This document shows, piece by piece, positions 26,660-38,815 of a stretch of DNA of 64,000 nt. The stretch spans positions 152,832,001-152,896,000 of the forward strand of contig NC_086097.1 of NCBI RefSeq assembly GCF_963921235.1, written 5' to 3'. Made by a program: the position numbers and the translations under genes. Every line of letters starts with the position of its first letter. Positions within the stretch are counted from its first letter, which is position 1. The notes under the pieces are model-generated. The model ran no database searches, was not told the DNA's origin, and saw only the letters and a program-made list of their open reading frames with translations. Origin of the DNA: Mobula hypostoma. Lineage: Eukaryota.

Positions 26660-29600
26660 TCACTACCTTCTGGCTAAAGACATTTTTCCTCTTCTCTGTT
26701 CTAAATAGAAGTCCCTCAATTCTGAGGCTGTGCCCTTAGGTCCTAGACTCCCCTATCATTGGAAATATCCTCTCCACACCCACTCTATCTAGGGATTTCG
26801 AAACTCAATAGGTTTCAATCACCCCCTTATTCATCTAATCTCCAATGAGTACAAGCCCAGAACCATCAGATGCTCCTCATTTGTTAACCCTTTCATTCCT
26901 GGGATCATTCCTGTCAACTTCCTCTGGACCCTCTTTAATGCCAGCTTATCAGTTCTTAGATAAGGGACCCAAAACTGTTTACATTGCTCCAAGTACAGTA
27001 TTATCAATGCCTTATAGAGCCCCAGCATTTTATCCTTGCTTTTGTATTCTTTATCCTTTCAAAATGAATGCTAACATTATATTTGCCTTCCTTACTACCA
27101 AATCAACCTGCAAGTTAACTTTTAGCAAATCCTGTACAAGGACTGCTCAGTTCTTCTGCACCTCTGATTTTTGAATTTTCTCCCTGTTTGGAAAATGGAC
27201 GACACATTTATTCCTTCTGTCAAAGTGCATGACCATGCATTCCCCTACACTATATTCCACCTGCCACCTCTTTGCCCATTCCTCCAGTCTGTATAAATCC
27301 TTCTGCAGACACCCTACTTCCTCAACACCGCCGGCCCCTCCACCTATCATTCTAATGTCTGCAAACTTGGCCGCAATGCCATCAAGTCCATCATCCAAAT
27401 CACTAATATATAACATGAAAAGAAGCAGTCCCAACACCAACCCCTGCAGCCCACTACTAGTCTCCAGCAGACAACTGGAATAGGCCCTTTTATTCCCACT
27501 TTTTACCTCCTTCCAGTCAGCCAGACTTCCAGGCTAGTACCTTTCCTGTAATACCATGATCTCTTTCTTGTTAAGGAGCCTCATGTGTGGCACCTTGTTA
27601 AAAGCCATCTGATAATCCAAATAAACACCATCCATTGACACAACACACACACAAAATGCTGGAGGAACACAGCAGGTCAGACAGTATCTATAGAAAAGAG
27701 TAAAAAATCAACATTTCGGGCCAAGACCCTTTTCAGGACATCCATTAACTCCCCTTTGTCTATCCTGCCCATTATTTCCTCAAAGAATTCCAAACAAATT
27801 TGTCAGTTAAAATTTCCCCTTTAGGCCAATTGGCTTATAATTTATTTTCTTCTGTCTCCCTCCCTTCTTAAAGAGTGGAGTGACATTTGCAATTTTCCGG
27901 TCCTCCAGAACTATTTCAGGTACCTCTTTTAGTGTCCTGGAATCCATTTTTCACAGGTGACTTATTTGCCCTCAGACTTTTCAGCTTCCAAAACACCTTC
28001 TCCTTAGTAAGGGGAATACCCCCCACTGACGACACACTTACTTTTCTGGCATTCTGCTAGTGTCTTCTGCAGTAAAGACTGAGGCAAAATACTTATTCAG
28101 TTTGTTCACCATTTCTTTGTCCCCCATACTACCTCTGCAGTGTCATTTTCCAGCAGTCTGATATCCAGTCTTGTCTCCCTTTATTCTTTATGTATCCAGG
28201 TGACTGTTGAATATCATTTTTTATTGTTAAACTGTACTAATGTATTCACCTTGGTAATGCTAAAATAGCTGCCTGTGCCTTTAAGAGAAAACGATGATGT
28301 CATTTTGCATGGGTGAAGAGCTATCATGTTCTAGAAAGGATGACATTCGAATGCTTTTCCCAGGTTTGATGATCAGCACTGGATAGCCTGATTGCAAAGT
28401 TCCCTAATTGGCCTACTTGGTTAGTATTTCAACTACAAGGCAATATATTGTAAAAGTTTATTTGTCTTTGTTTAATGTTTCATGACTGAATGCAAATATA
28501 ACAGAGTAATGTGAAGATGTTCATCTCTGTTCCCGTAGTGTGAGTGAGGAGAACTCATTTCAAGCATATATGTGTTTGGAAGTTAAGCACGTGTGTGCCA
28601 AATAATTGCCACTACTGTATTGGTTTTGTATATTTTCTTTTAGTTATTTTCATACTGCATACCTAACAAGGATGTGGTCTGAAGTTAAACTGAGTTTGTA
28701 ATTGCTGGAACCGTTTTTTAAAAATTTATTTTGTCGTTTTTATTTTGATATTTATTCTGCAATAAAACATCTAAAACAGATAATGGAATTTAAGGCACAA
28801 AAAAGTATTTGTTGTCCTGCATGTGTATTTTTCCCCAGGCTACAAAATTTATATACCAGAAAAAAGAAACATTTTATATCCTGCTTTATATAATTGACTA
28901 GCAAAAAGTACTCAAGAACATACAAACGGGATTAGGTCACCTGTCCCTTAAAGCCTGTCCACCATTTCCTATGATTATGATGGATCTTTTCTGAGCCTCA
29001 ATTCTTCATCTGAGTCAATTTCCATTGGTTTTCAATCTGACAATCATTAAAAAAAACACTTGCACGTTAAATTTTAGCTTGCCTCCACAACTCTTTGAAG
29101 TAGAGAATTCCAAAGGTTCACTAACATCTGTGAGTAAAAAATTGAAAACCCCTTATCTTGAAACTATGCCCCCTTCTTCAAGACTCTCCCACTAATGATT
29201 AACCATTTACCCAGGCATGCCCCATTAGGATTTTAGCTGCTTCATTATAATTATCTCTCATTCTTCATTATGATTATCTCTGTAAAGAATGCAAATTTTT
29301 AGTCTAAAAAAGACAATCTTTTCATCTCAGGAAGGAATAAAGTCTGAAAGTATAATGTGTTTGAATTGAAGAATTCAAGAATCATAAACACCGTCCGTTA
29401 GTGTGAGGCAGTTTATTAAATAAAATTTCATCTTTTCAACTATGTTGAGTTTTCTGTCCCAGAGTTTCAGTATGAGTAGGAACTATGTAAAGGTATCCAG
29501 TCTGCCATCCATACTGCTTGAGAAAACAATAAGCCATCCAACATTTCTGGACTTCTCTCATCTGTTGTAATTAGCTTTGTCAGCGACTTGGGGCAGTATA

Positions 29601-31081
29601 TTAGTACCTTGCTGATTAGATTAGATTAGATTAGATTCAACTTTATTGTCATTGTGCCGAGTACAGATACAAAGCCAATGAAATGCATTTAGCATCTAAC
29701 CAGAAATGCAAAGGATAATGTTATTGACAAAATAACTGCAAATAAAAAGTGCTACAGCACACAAATATAAAGATACTGCAACTGTACAATATGGGTGCAA
29801 TACTGCTTAGCGCTGTGATGAGAGGTTCAGTAGGGTCACAGCCTCAGGGAAGAAGCTCTTCCTCTGCCTGCTGGTGCGGGAGTGGAGGCTCCTGTAGTGC
29901 CTACCGGATGGGAGGAGAGTAAAAAGTCCATGGTTAAGGTGAGATGCATCGTGGGCAATTGGGTGCCAATAATCTGCTGGGCAGTTTTCACCACATGCTG
30001 GAGTGTTTTGTGCTCCGATACAGGACAATTGCCATACCACACTGAGATGCAGTTGGTGAGTATGCTCTCAATGGTACAGCAGTAAAAGTCTGTCAGTATC
30101 CTGGGACAGAGGTGAGCTTTCTTGATTCTCCACAGGAAATAAAGACGCCGTTGTGCCTTTTTGATCAGGATGGAGGAGTTCAGGGACCAGGTGAGATCCT
30201 CGGAAATGTGGACACCAAGGAGTTTGAAGCTTGATACAGGCTCCACTATAGCTCCGTGAATGTAGATGGGGACGTGAGTGTGACTCCTGGCATGCCTTTA
30301 GTCCACAATGATCTCCTTGGTCTTCTGGGTGTTAACGGCCAGGTTGTTGTCAGCACAGCACACAGCCAGGTGCTGGACCTCATCCCTGTAGGCCGTCTCG
30401 TGTACCCAACTGATCAGGCCAACCACCGTGGTGCACTCTGCGAACTTGATTATGAATATAGAACCATGTACAGGAACGCAGTCATAGCTGAAAAGGGAGC
30501 ACAGAAGAGGGCTCAGCACACAGCCTTGAGGCATGCCAGTGTTCAGGGTGAGAGTGGAGGAGGAGAGATTGTCTAACTTAACTGATTGGGGTCTGTTAGA
30601 TGTCAAAAAAGATGTCAAACCAAATTATAGCAGGATTAAAGAACAAATGAAACAGTCTCTGTCAACTTAAAAAAAGCATAGGACAAAGTTCAGAGTTCAA
30701 AAGGTTTGTAGTAAATTTTACTATCATAGTACATATATGTCACCATATACAACCCTGAGATTTATTTTCTTGGAGGCATGTTCGATAAATCTATAAAATA
30801 ATAACCATAACAGAATGAAAGGAAGTCTGCCCAACTCGGGCATTCAACCAGTGTGCAGCAGACAATAAACTGTGCTGCTACAAAAGAAGAAATAATAATA
30901 ATAATAAATAATAAGCAATAAATATTAAGAACATGAGATGAAGAGTCCTTGAGAGTGAGTCCATTAGTTGTGCGAACATTTCAATAATGAGGCAAATGAA
31001 GTTGAGTGAAGTTATCCCCTTGGTTAAAAAAGCCTGAGGGGTAGTAACTGTTCTTGAGTCGGATGATATGTGAGTCCTATG
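26658..31081 (-). repeat. Left arm (derived copy) of ~4.4-kb inverted segmental duplication
   Basis: Reverse complement of 50226-54378 plus 57609-57937, including non-TE spacer (e.g. 28441-28920 vs 52350-52835). Paired ORFs 27147-27440(-) / 53841-54218(+). Confidence 0.97.
29615..30605 (-). mobile_element. 5'-truncated Rex/Babar LINE (within left arm)
   Basis: NTGMPQGCVLSPLL, KTKEIIVD, FKLLGVHISEDLTW. (TTAGA)n tail at 29616-29636. Confidence 0.9.
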
Positions 31082-34000
31082 TGTTATGATATACTTGTAC
31101 ATGCACTCGTGAGCAGACGATTAAAGTTGGTGCGCATCTGCCGTTGTTTTTTTCTGAGGTATCTGTCTCAAAACATGGTGGCAACGGTGGGACTCGGAAA
31201 ATTGCTTCTTTTCAACCGCAGCGCCCAATTTTTCCAACCTGCAGTTGGCAGTATAATAATAGTGCTACTCTGAAACATCAGAGGGTGAGTGTAAGAGTAG
31301 AAGAATGTCGACCGAGATGAGCAACCAGCCACAAATAGGGACGGGTGCAGTAGCAATGCCTGGAGGTGAGACAGCAGAATCTCAGCGGCATCCAGCACCT
31401 GCAGGTGACCCCGTGCCGGAGAACCATGGTCAGGCAGAAGTCCTCCCCCAGTCAGTGGCATCCGTCTGCCACTGGCCATGACGGTCAACCACGGAATAAT
31501 AGATCGATGGAAGACATGGCGCAGATGTGGACTAAATGCAGCGTCATAGCACAACTGCACAAACAAGTTCCAGCATACCAGACAGCATTATTTTTACATA
31601 CAATTGGACCATCAGGACTTGAGGTCTACAACAGCTTTGTGTTCGCAGATGAGGCTGAAGGCCAAGACCTCACAAAGATTTTAGCTGCATTTGACAGATA
31701 TGCTATCGGTGAGAAAACTGAGACATATGAATGGTACTTGTTCAGCAAGCGGCAACAAGAACAAGGTGAGACCTTTGAATCGTTTCTTGCCAGCCTTAGA
31801 TCTCTTGTAAAGACATGTAATTTTTGCTCATGTATGTCAGACAGTCTGCTGAGAGACAAGATCATACTGGGCACTAATGACTCCCAAACCAGGAAATGTC
31901 TGTTACAAGAGAGAAAGATATCGCTCAGTGACTGCATTGACATCTGTAAAAGCACAGAAATGGCTGAATCACACCTACAAGCATTCAGTACAGCTGCAGA
32001 TAGCAGGTCCGCTACTGTCCATGGGATTAAACCTCGCACTAACAAGAAAGATTCAAAGCATCCTGGACAGAAGGCTAGTGCTAGTGGTGGAGCCAGAGCA
32101 AAAGGCACCTTGAACAGCCACAGAAGCAAAGTGAACCCTTGCAAGTACTGTGGCACGAGACATACAAGAGACAAGCATACGGACAGGTATGCAAGGTGTG
32201 TGGTATTGGAAATCACTTTGCAAAGGTATGCAAGCAGGAGCCCGTGCATGGGGTGGAAGCACAGAGCGATGACCAAGCCGACAGTGACAGCAGCACTGAG
32301 TTTATCGACAATGTCACACTGGTGGTCAACAGTTTGAAGACAAAGAATGACGTATTCGCACAGATGCTCATCAATGGAAAGCCAATAGACTTCCAATTCG
32401 ACAGCAGGGCGAGCATTAATATTTTACACCACAAATACTTGGAGGGAGTAGCTCACACACTAAGACAATGCATAAAAAAGCTGATGATGTAGAACAAGGC
32501 CACCATGGATGCAGAAGGGATGTGTAGAGTGAAATTGCGTAACCCCATGATGAACGACAAGTATTCTGTCAAATTTGCCGTGGTCACTAATGACTTTACG
32601 CTATTGCTGGGAAGCAGGGTCAGCCCGCAAATGAAGCTGAGGGTGCATAGATCTACACTTAAAGAAAAACAATGCACCCCAGAAGAACGCTATGCAGAGG
32701 AGTTTGATGATGCGCTCGGGGAGCTTCCATGTGTAGCCCACCTGCAGATTGATGAGGAAGTTCAACCCACAGTGTTACCCCCAATTCTAAGGAAGAGCTA
32801 ACCATCCACTGTGACGCCAGCAACAAAGGCCTAGGGGCAGCACTCCTCCAGAATGGACATCGGATCGCATATGCAAGCAGAGTGCTAACGGACACAGAAA
32901 GGCGTTATGAAGCGATTAAAAAGGAAATGCTCGTAATCGTTTTCGCACTTGAGCATTTTCATCAATATACTTTTGACTGCTTCACAAGAGTACTCAGCGA
33001 TCACAAGCCACTCAAAATGATGGTTAAGAAGCACCAACACACCTACAGGGAATGCTTCTTCGCTTGCAGAGCTATGACTTCGACATCACTTACTGTCAAG
33101 GAAAGCTCATGCACATTGCGGATACACTATCGCGAGCAGTTAGTGGTACTCCAGGCCAAGAGAACAGCTTTGACGAAGTCAACATGCTATCGCACCTGCC
33201 AATCGGCGATAAACGTCTGGAGCAGATTCGCATAGAAACAGCGAAAGATGACACTCTATAAGTGTTGAAACGTGTAATCTTCAGTGGATGGCCGAGCGAA
33301 CATGCCATGCTATCAGAGCAACTTACACCTTACTATAGCTATAGGGACAAGCTCGCAGTCCAAGCTGACTTAATCTTCAAAGGTGAGCGTGTCATCATAG
33401 CGCAAAGTGAGCGAAAGCAAATGAAGGAAAGAATTCATGTGTCACACTAAGGCATAGAAGGATGCCGCAGATGCGCACACGAATGTCATTTTTGGCTGGG
33501 CATGAGCAGCAACATCAAGCAATATATTGCTACATGTGATATTTGTCGCACATACGAAATGAGTCAGCTGAAAGAGTCGCCTATGAGTCATGATGTACCT
33601 GCTCGGCTGTGGGAAAAGATAGATGCTGACCTGTTTACATTCGAAGGAAATGAGTACCTCGTCACCGCTGATTACTACAGCAAATTCTTCGAGGTAGATC
33701 TTTTTTGTGATACGACCAGCGCAGCCATTATTCACAATTTGAAGGCTCATTTTGCGAGATATGGTAGCCCAACACAAATGGTTAGTGATAATGGGCCACA
33801 ATGCATGTCAGCGGAGTTTCACAGATTTGCACGAGAATGGGATTTTGAGCATTTGGGTAGCAGCACTCGAATGGAAAAGCTGAATCAGCAGTTAAAACAG
33901 CTAAGTGGATCCTCACAAAGAGCAACAAATCGCGAGCAGATCCCTACCTCGCATTTCTCGACCATCGCAACACACCCTCGCAAGGGCTCAGCACAAGTCC

Positions 34001-35003
34001 TACCCAGCGTTTGATGAATGGCCGCACACGCACGCTCCTGCCTACAACAGCGAGTTTACAGGAACCCAGAGTTGTACATGACCGCGAGCGTATGAAACGA
34101 CGCGTCCAGCAGCAGGCCGACAATTACAACAAATCAGCCAAAGATCTTGCCCCACTCGACGAAGGGGATACCGTGCGCATGTAACCTCTGGTGCAAGATA
34201 AAGAGAATTGGGAGAAAGCAATTGTGTGTTGGCGCCTTGATGAGCGTTTATATGTAGTTCAAAACCCTTCTGCGATCTACCGACGTAATCGCACACATCT
34301 AAGAAAGACGGCCGAGGAACCACCTGAAAAGCTAATCACATATGAACAGGCTAAACTAGGTCAAACAACTGAGATCAATGACCACAGTGCGCCTACCACA
34401 TCAAATGCACACAGCCAAACATTAGCAGAGGCTAATGACACAACACAAACACTAACACAAACGTTGAAACATGCAAATAACAAACACCAGGATTCGGACA
34501 AAATAGTAAAAACTCATTCTAGCCGCACAGTGAAAAGGCCACAATATCTAGAAGACTCTGTCCCACATTGAACAATTGCATGAGTAATTGAACAATAATT
34601 CTGTGACACTATTTGGCATTTTAATGTCATGTTTACACTCAGAGAAGGACCATGTCCTATTTGAGGTTGTGTAGCTTGTAGTTGAAGTTAAAGTTGAATT
34701 TTAGTATGTTTTATATTTTGTTTATATGCTTATACAAACAGAAATAATGAGTGGTATGTATTTGTGACAGGCATAAGAGACATAAGGCATGATTAATGAA
34801 TGCTTTGAAAGTTAATTCCATGAAAACACACTGGAAAGCAGACTTCAGAGAAATTGAGTTTAATTGTTAATATAATTGTTCCTTTTCCTTGTTTTGATAA
34901 AAAGGGGGATGTTATGATTTACTTGTACATGCACTCGTGAGCAGACGATTAAAGTTGGTGCGCATGCGCTGTTGTTCTTATCTGAAATACCTGTCTTGAA
35001 ACA
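31082..35003 (+). mobile_element. Ty3/Gypsy LTR retrotransposon with 94-bp LTRs, decayed, RT deleted
   Basis: LTRs 31082-31175 and 34910-35003 (TG...CA). PBS TGGTGGCAACGGTGGGAC at 31176 resembles the tRNA-Leu 3' complement; PPT AAAAAGGGGGA lies before 34910. Domain order gag, protease, RNase H, integrase. Confidence 0.95.
31500..34571 (+). pseudogene. Gypsy gag-pol remnants (frameshifted)
   Basis: Gag: RQQEQGETFESFLASLRSLVKTCNF and zinc knuckle CKVCGIGNHFAKVC. Protease: FQFDSRASINIL. RNase H: HCDASNKGLGAALLQ, SDHKPL. Integrase: CDIC, ADLF..DYYSKF, VSDNGPQ. Confidence 0.9.
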
Positions 35004-36064
35004 TCCTCCCTTAAAAAACAACATAGAAAATTTGTAGTATATTTTGTTGATAACATATAAACAAAGACTTTAATTTATATAATGCAGTTATGATTTCAGC
35101 ATATTTCAAAACATTTCAAAATCAGTGAATTGCAATATAGTTATTGTTGCGTAGGAAGCGGCAGTCAATTTAGACAGACTATCTACCTCACTCTTCTCTG
35201 TCACTTTATTGCCATCCAAGGTTTTATCAACAAGTGTCATCTGTCAAGTTATAAATGACTGCTTGAGCTCCACCTAAGCACACCATCATGAGTATAGAGA
35301 GCGTAGATTAGTGGGCTAAACATGAATCTTTGAGCTGCTCCTATGTTGATTGCCAGTGAAGAGGAGATGTTATTATTGATCCTCACTGACTGTGGTCTCC
35401 TATTAAGGAAGCTAAGGATCCAGTTGCAGAGAACAATACAGAGGCCCAGGCTTCAAACTTTAGTGATTATTACTGAGGGATGATGATAATGTTGAAAATT
35501 GAACTGCAGTTGATAAACAGTAGAATGACATAAGGTAACCTCTTTCCATTAGTTCACTTCACTCACTCCTTCTGAAATTTCACTTCTGCTGAAAATTTTT
35601 TGGAGGTGAAATGCAACAGTACAGCAAAAAATATTGAGGAATGCTTTGGGACAATAAGGCTCAGACATCTTGCTTAATGAGAATAGTTCTGATGTAGACC
35701 CATGGGTTAAAATCACTGTTGATATCCTATCATGGAACACGTATAAGATGGAAATAAATTCACTAAGACGGGACATTGATGGGATCAGCAATCATCAACC
35801 AAAGCAGTCACAATATTGCATGCATGGTTTTCTGAGGCAAATACCTAAGGCTCTACTGAGAACTCTCCTGTAGTATTCTGCACAAGTCTCATCTCCCAGT
35901 TTATAGATGATACCCATGTTAGCAGATTTATCACAAGGCTTGGCTGATTGGGTCTTGGCAGAGTGGATTCACAGAGAATGAGAGATAAAGTTGACTGTAT
36001 TATTGCCCTCTAATATTTAGAAAAATCAGGGGTGATTTCACTCAAACCAACCTCCATGCCATTC

Positions 36065-36455
36065 ACTCCAATTGCAATTCCTGCTGCCTAAGGAAAGATG
36101 TGGAAATAATTAAGTCATTCCTTCTCTGGTCATTCACTCTCCTCTCTTCTCCCATCAGGCAGAAAATACAAAGGCCTGAGAGCACAAAGCCACCAGGTTC
36201 AAGAACAATTTCCATCCCACTATCCTCAGACTCTTGAATGCAGCTTCTATACATTAGAAATGAACACTTGATCTCCCAGTATACCCCATTGTGACACTTC
36301 CAATTTATTTGACTTAACTTTTTTTTCTAACCATAATACTGTATTCTACATTATTTTTACTACTTCAGTATAATTATATATGGCATGATCTGTCTTGATG
36401 ACATTCAGAACAAAAGCTTTTCACTGTATCTCAATACATGTGACAATCATAAACT
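36065..36455 (+). mobile_element. Rex/Babar LINE 3' fragment
   Basis: CCATCAGGCAGAAAATACAAAGG...CCAGGTTCAAGAACAATTTC (LPSGRRY..RFKNSF region) and tail ACATGTGACAATCATAAA. Confidence 0.65.
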
Positions 36456-37874
36456 AGTATTACTAGTGGAAAGTTTTTCAGCCAGATGGTATTGAAACTT
36501 TGGAAATTCACTACTTGGGAGGTCTGTGTTGGTTCAATTCTTCAAATAAACTCAATATGGAGATCAGTAGGTATTTAAATATTAAGAATATTAAATATTA
36601 AAATGGTGTTGGTGCTGAAGAGAATGATCAGTACCAATCTTTTTGAATGTGCTGGTGGAATGAGGGGCTGAATGTCCAACTCTTGATTTCACTTCTTATG
36701 TTGTTTTTTCCAATGTGGAGTAGATTATAGTGTTCAGTATGTTCCAAACACAATTTAAAACAATGTATTTAATATTATACTCAAATAAGACAGGGAAGAC
36801 TGTGCCATTTGGGAAATATTATTTATTTTGTAGTTTCTGGTGTGGAACTTTTTTTCTAATGTGTGTACCATTCTGTATGGAGCAAATTGAAAACAACAGG
36901 AGCTATTTTACGAATGTATACACTTGATGGGAGCTCTGCCTTTAAAGAACACAACTCAACAAATTGTTACTATGTGATCATGCAAGTTTCTATCCATTCG
37001 GTGGAAATTCATGGTGAGCACTATCACAGTTTTTCAATAGGAACTCCTGGTAGGCAGGAGCCTTCTGCCAGGAGTCCATAATTGTGAGTCTCTTGTATTT
37101 AACGCCAAACAGCTGATTTCTTTCTCTTACTCTGTTTCTCAACTTCACTGAAGCTGAAGATTAACTTGCTACCAATTAATTGGCAAGTTGTAATCTTCAG
37201 ATTAACGACAACTGTCAAAACACAGACTGCAGTGCAGTGAGAGAACACTGACTGAAATGCACTTCTCATTGTTGCACTAAGCAAAATTTGAGGTTCTTCC
37301 ATAACCATGGCAACTGGGACAATATATCTGCTTAGATGATATTATGAAAGAGGTGGATAATTGAAATTAGCTCTGTGGTTTGTAGTCATTTGTAAAAGGG
37401 CTACGTTTTGTCAGTGATTAATGTATTAGTGCATTTTGTATCAAAAATATTAATCTAGAAATAGCTTAAGAGGAAAAGAAATGATACAATGTTGTCTTAC
37501 CTTACAGATAAGCACTTAGAAATGCATATAAAAATAGCCAAAATTTCTTTTGTATCATATTTTGTGTCCATGGCTCTTAGAGGGGCTAATGATCTCCATA
37601 TTGATAAGCATTTTTAATTTCATATTTTTAATATTTTTATAATTGACCTTATATCAATATGAAAAGATAAAGACCCTCTTCGCACCGTGTTTGGTATATC
37701 TGGCAGCAAGCTTGCCTTTTCTTTAATGTTTGTCTATTTTACAAGGCTGAGTTGCTAACTTGGAGCTCAACCTGCATGAGTGGGCCAGTGAAGGAGTGGA
37801 GCTTCGAGGCTTTGACTCGAGAGGCTTCGACAAGAAGAGGCGGAGGACGAGCTTGTTCCCAGTTAGTTTTTACA

Positions 37875-38815
37875 ATGTCTTTTGAGACGGTGATGTGCCT
37901 CTCATGTGAGATGTGGCAGTCTTGGGGGAACGCCCCTCTCCCGCAGAGTCACATCTGCCAGAAGTGCATACGGCTGGGCAATCTGGAAGACCGTGTAAGG
38001 AATCTGGAGCAGCAGCTGGATGACCTTCGACTCATAAGGGAGAATGAGGCAGTCATAGATGAGAGCTACAGGGAGGTAGTCACACCTAGGCTGTCGGAAG
38101 CAGCTTGTTGGGTGACAGTCAGAGGGGGGAAAGTGAAGGTGAGCAGACAGGTAGTGTAGAGCACCCCGTAGCCATTCCCCTGAATAATAAGTTTACCATC
38201 CTGGATACTGTTGGCGGGGACGACCGACCAGGTGTGAGCCACGGTGGCAGGGTCTCCGGCACTGATTCTGACCCTGTGGTGCAGAAGGGTGGGACGGAGA
38301 AGAGGAGAGCCGTCGTCATTGGAGACTCTATAGTCAGGGGAGCAGACGGGAGATTTTGTGGACGTGAGAAGGACACCCTCATGGTTTGTTGCCTCCCGGG
38401 TGCCAGGGTCCGGGATGTCTCTGACCGGGTGCACGACATCCTGGTACGAGAGGGAAAGCAACCAGAAGTCGTGATACATGTTGGGACCAACGACATAGGC
38501 AGGAAGAGGGATGAGGTCCTGAAGTGTGAATTTCGGGAATTAGGCAGAAGGCTGAAGAACAGGACCCCAAGCGTGATGTTCTCAGGATTGCTGCCGGTGC
38601 TACGTGACAGAGATGGTAAGAATTGGAGGAGATGGCAGTTGAATGCGTGGCTGAGGAGTTGGTGCAGGGAGCAGGGTTTTAGATTTTTAGTTCATTGGGA
38701 TCTCTTCTGGGGAAAGTGGGACCTGTACAGATTGGATGGGTTGCACCTGAACTTGAGGGGGAGCAATATCCTTGTAGGTAGGTTTGCTAGCATGGTTTGG
38801 GAGGGTTTAAACTAA
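37875..38815 (+). pseudogene. CR1 ORF1 (zinc finger, leucine zipper, SGNH esterase); stop and frameshift near 38157-38170
   Basis: CLSC...HICQKC, LEDRVRNLEQQLDDL, VIGDSIVRG, HVGTND, DGLHLN. Confidence 0.9.

Noticed and set aside
31176..31196. tRNA gene
   Set aside because: Only the ~18-nt primer-binding-site complement of a tRNA 3' end is present.
31626..32396. 256-aa minus-strand ORF
   Set aside because: Antisense shadow of Gypsy gag with no independent motif.
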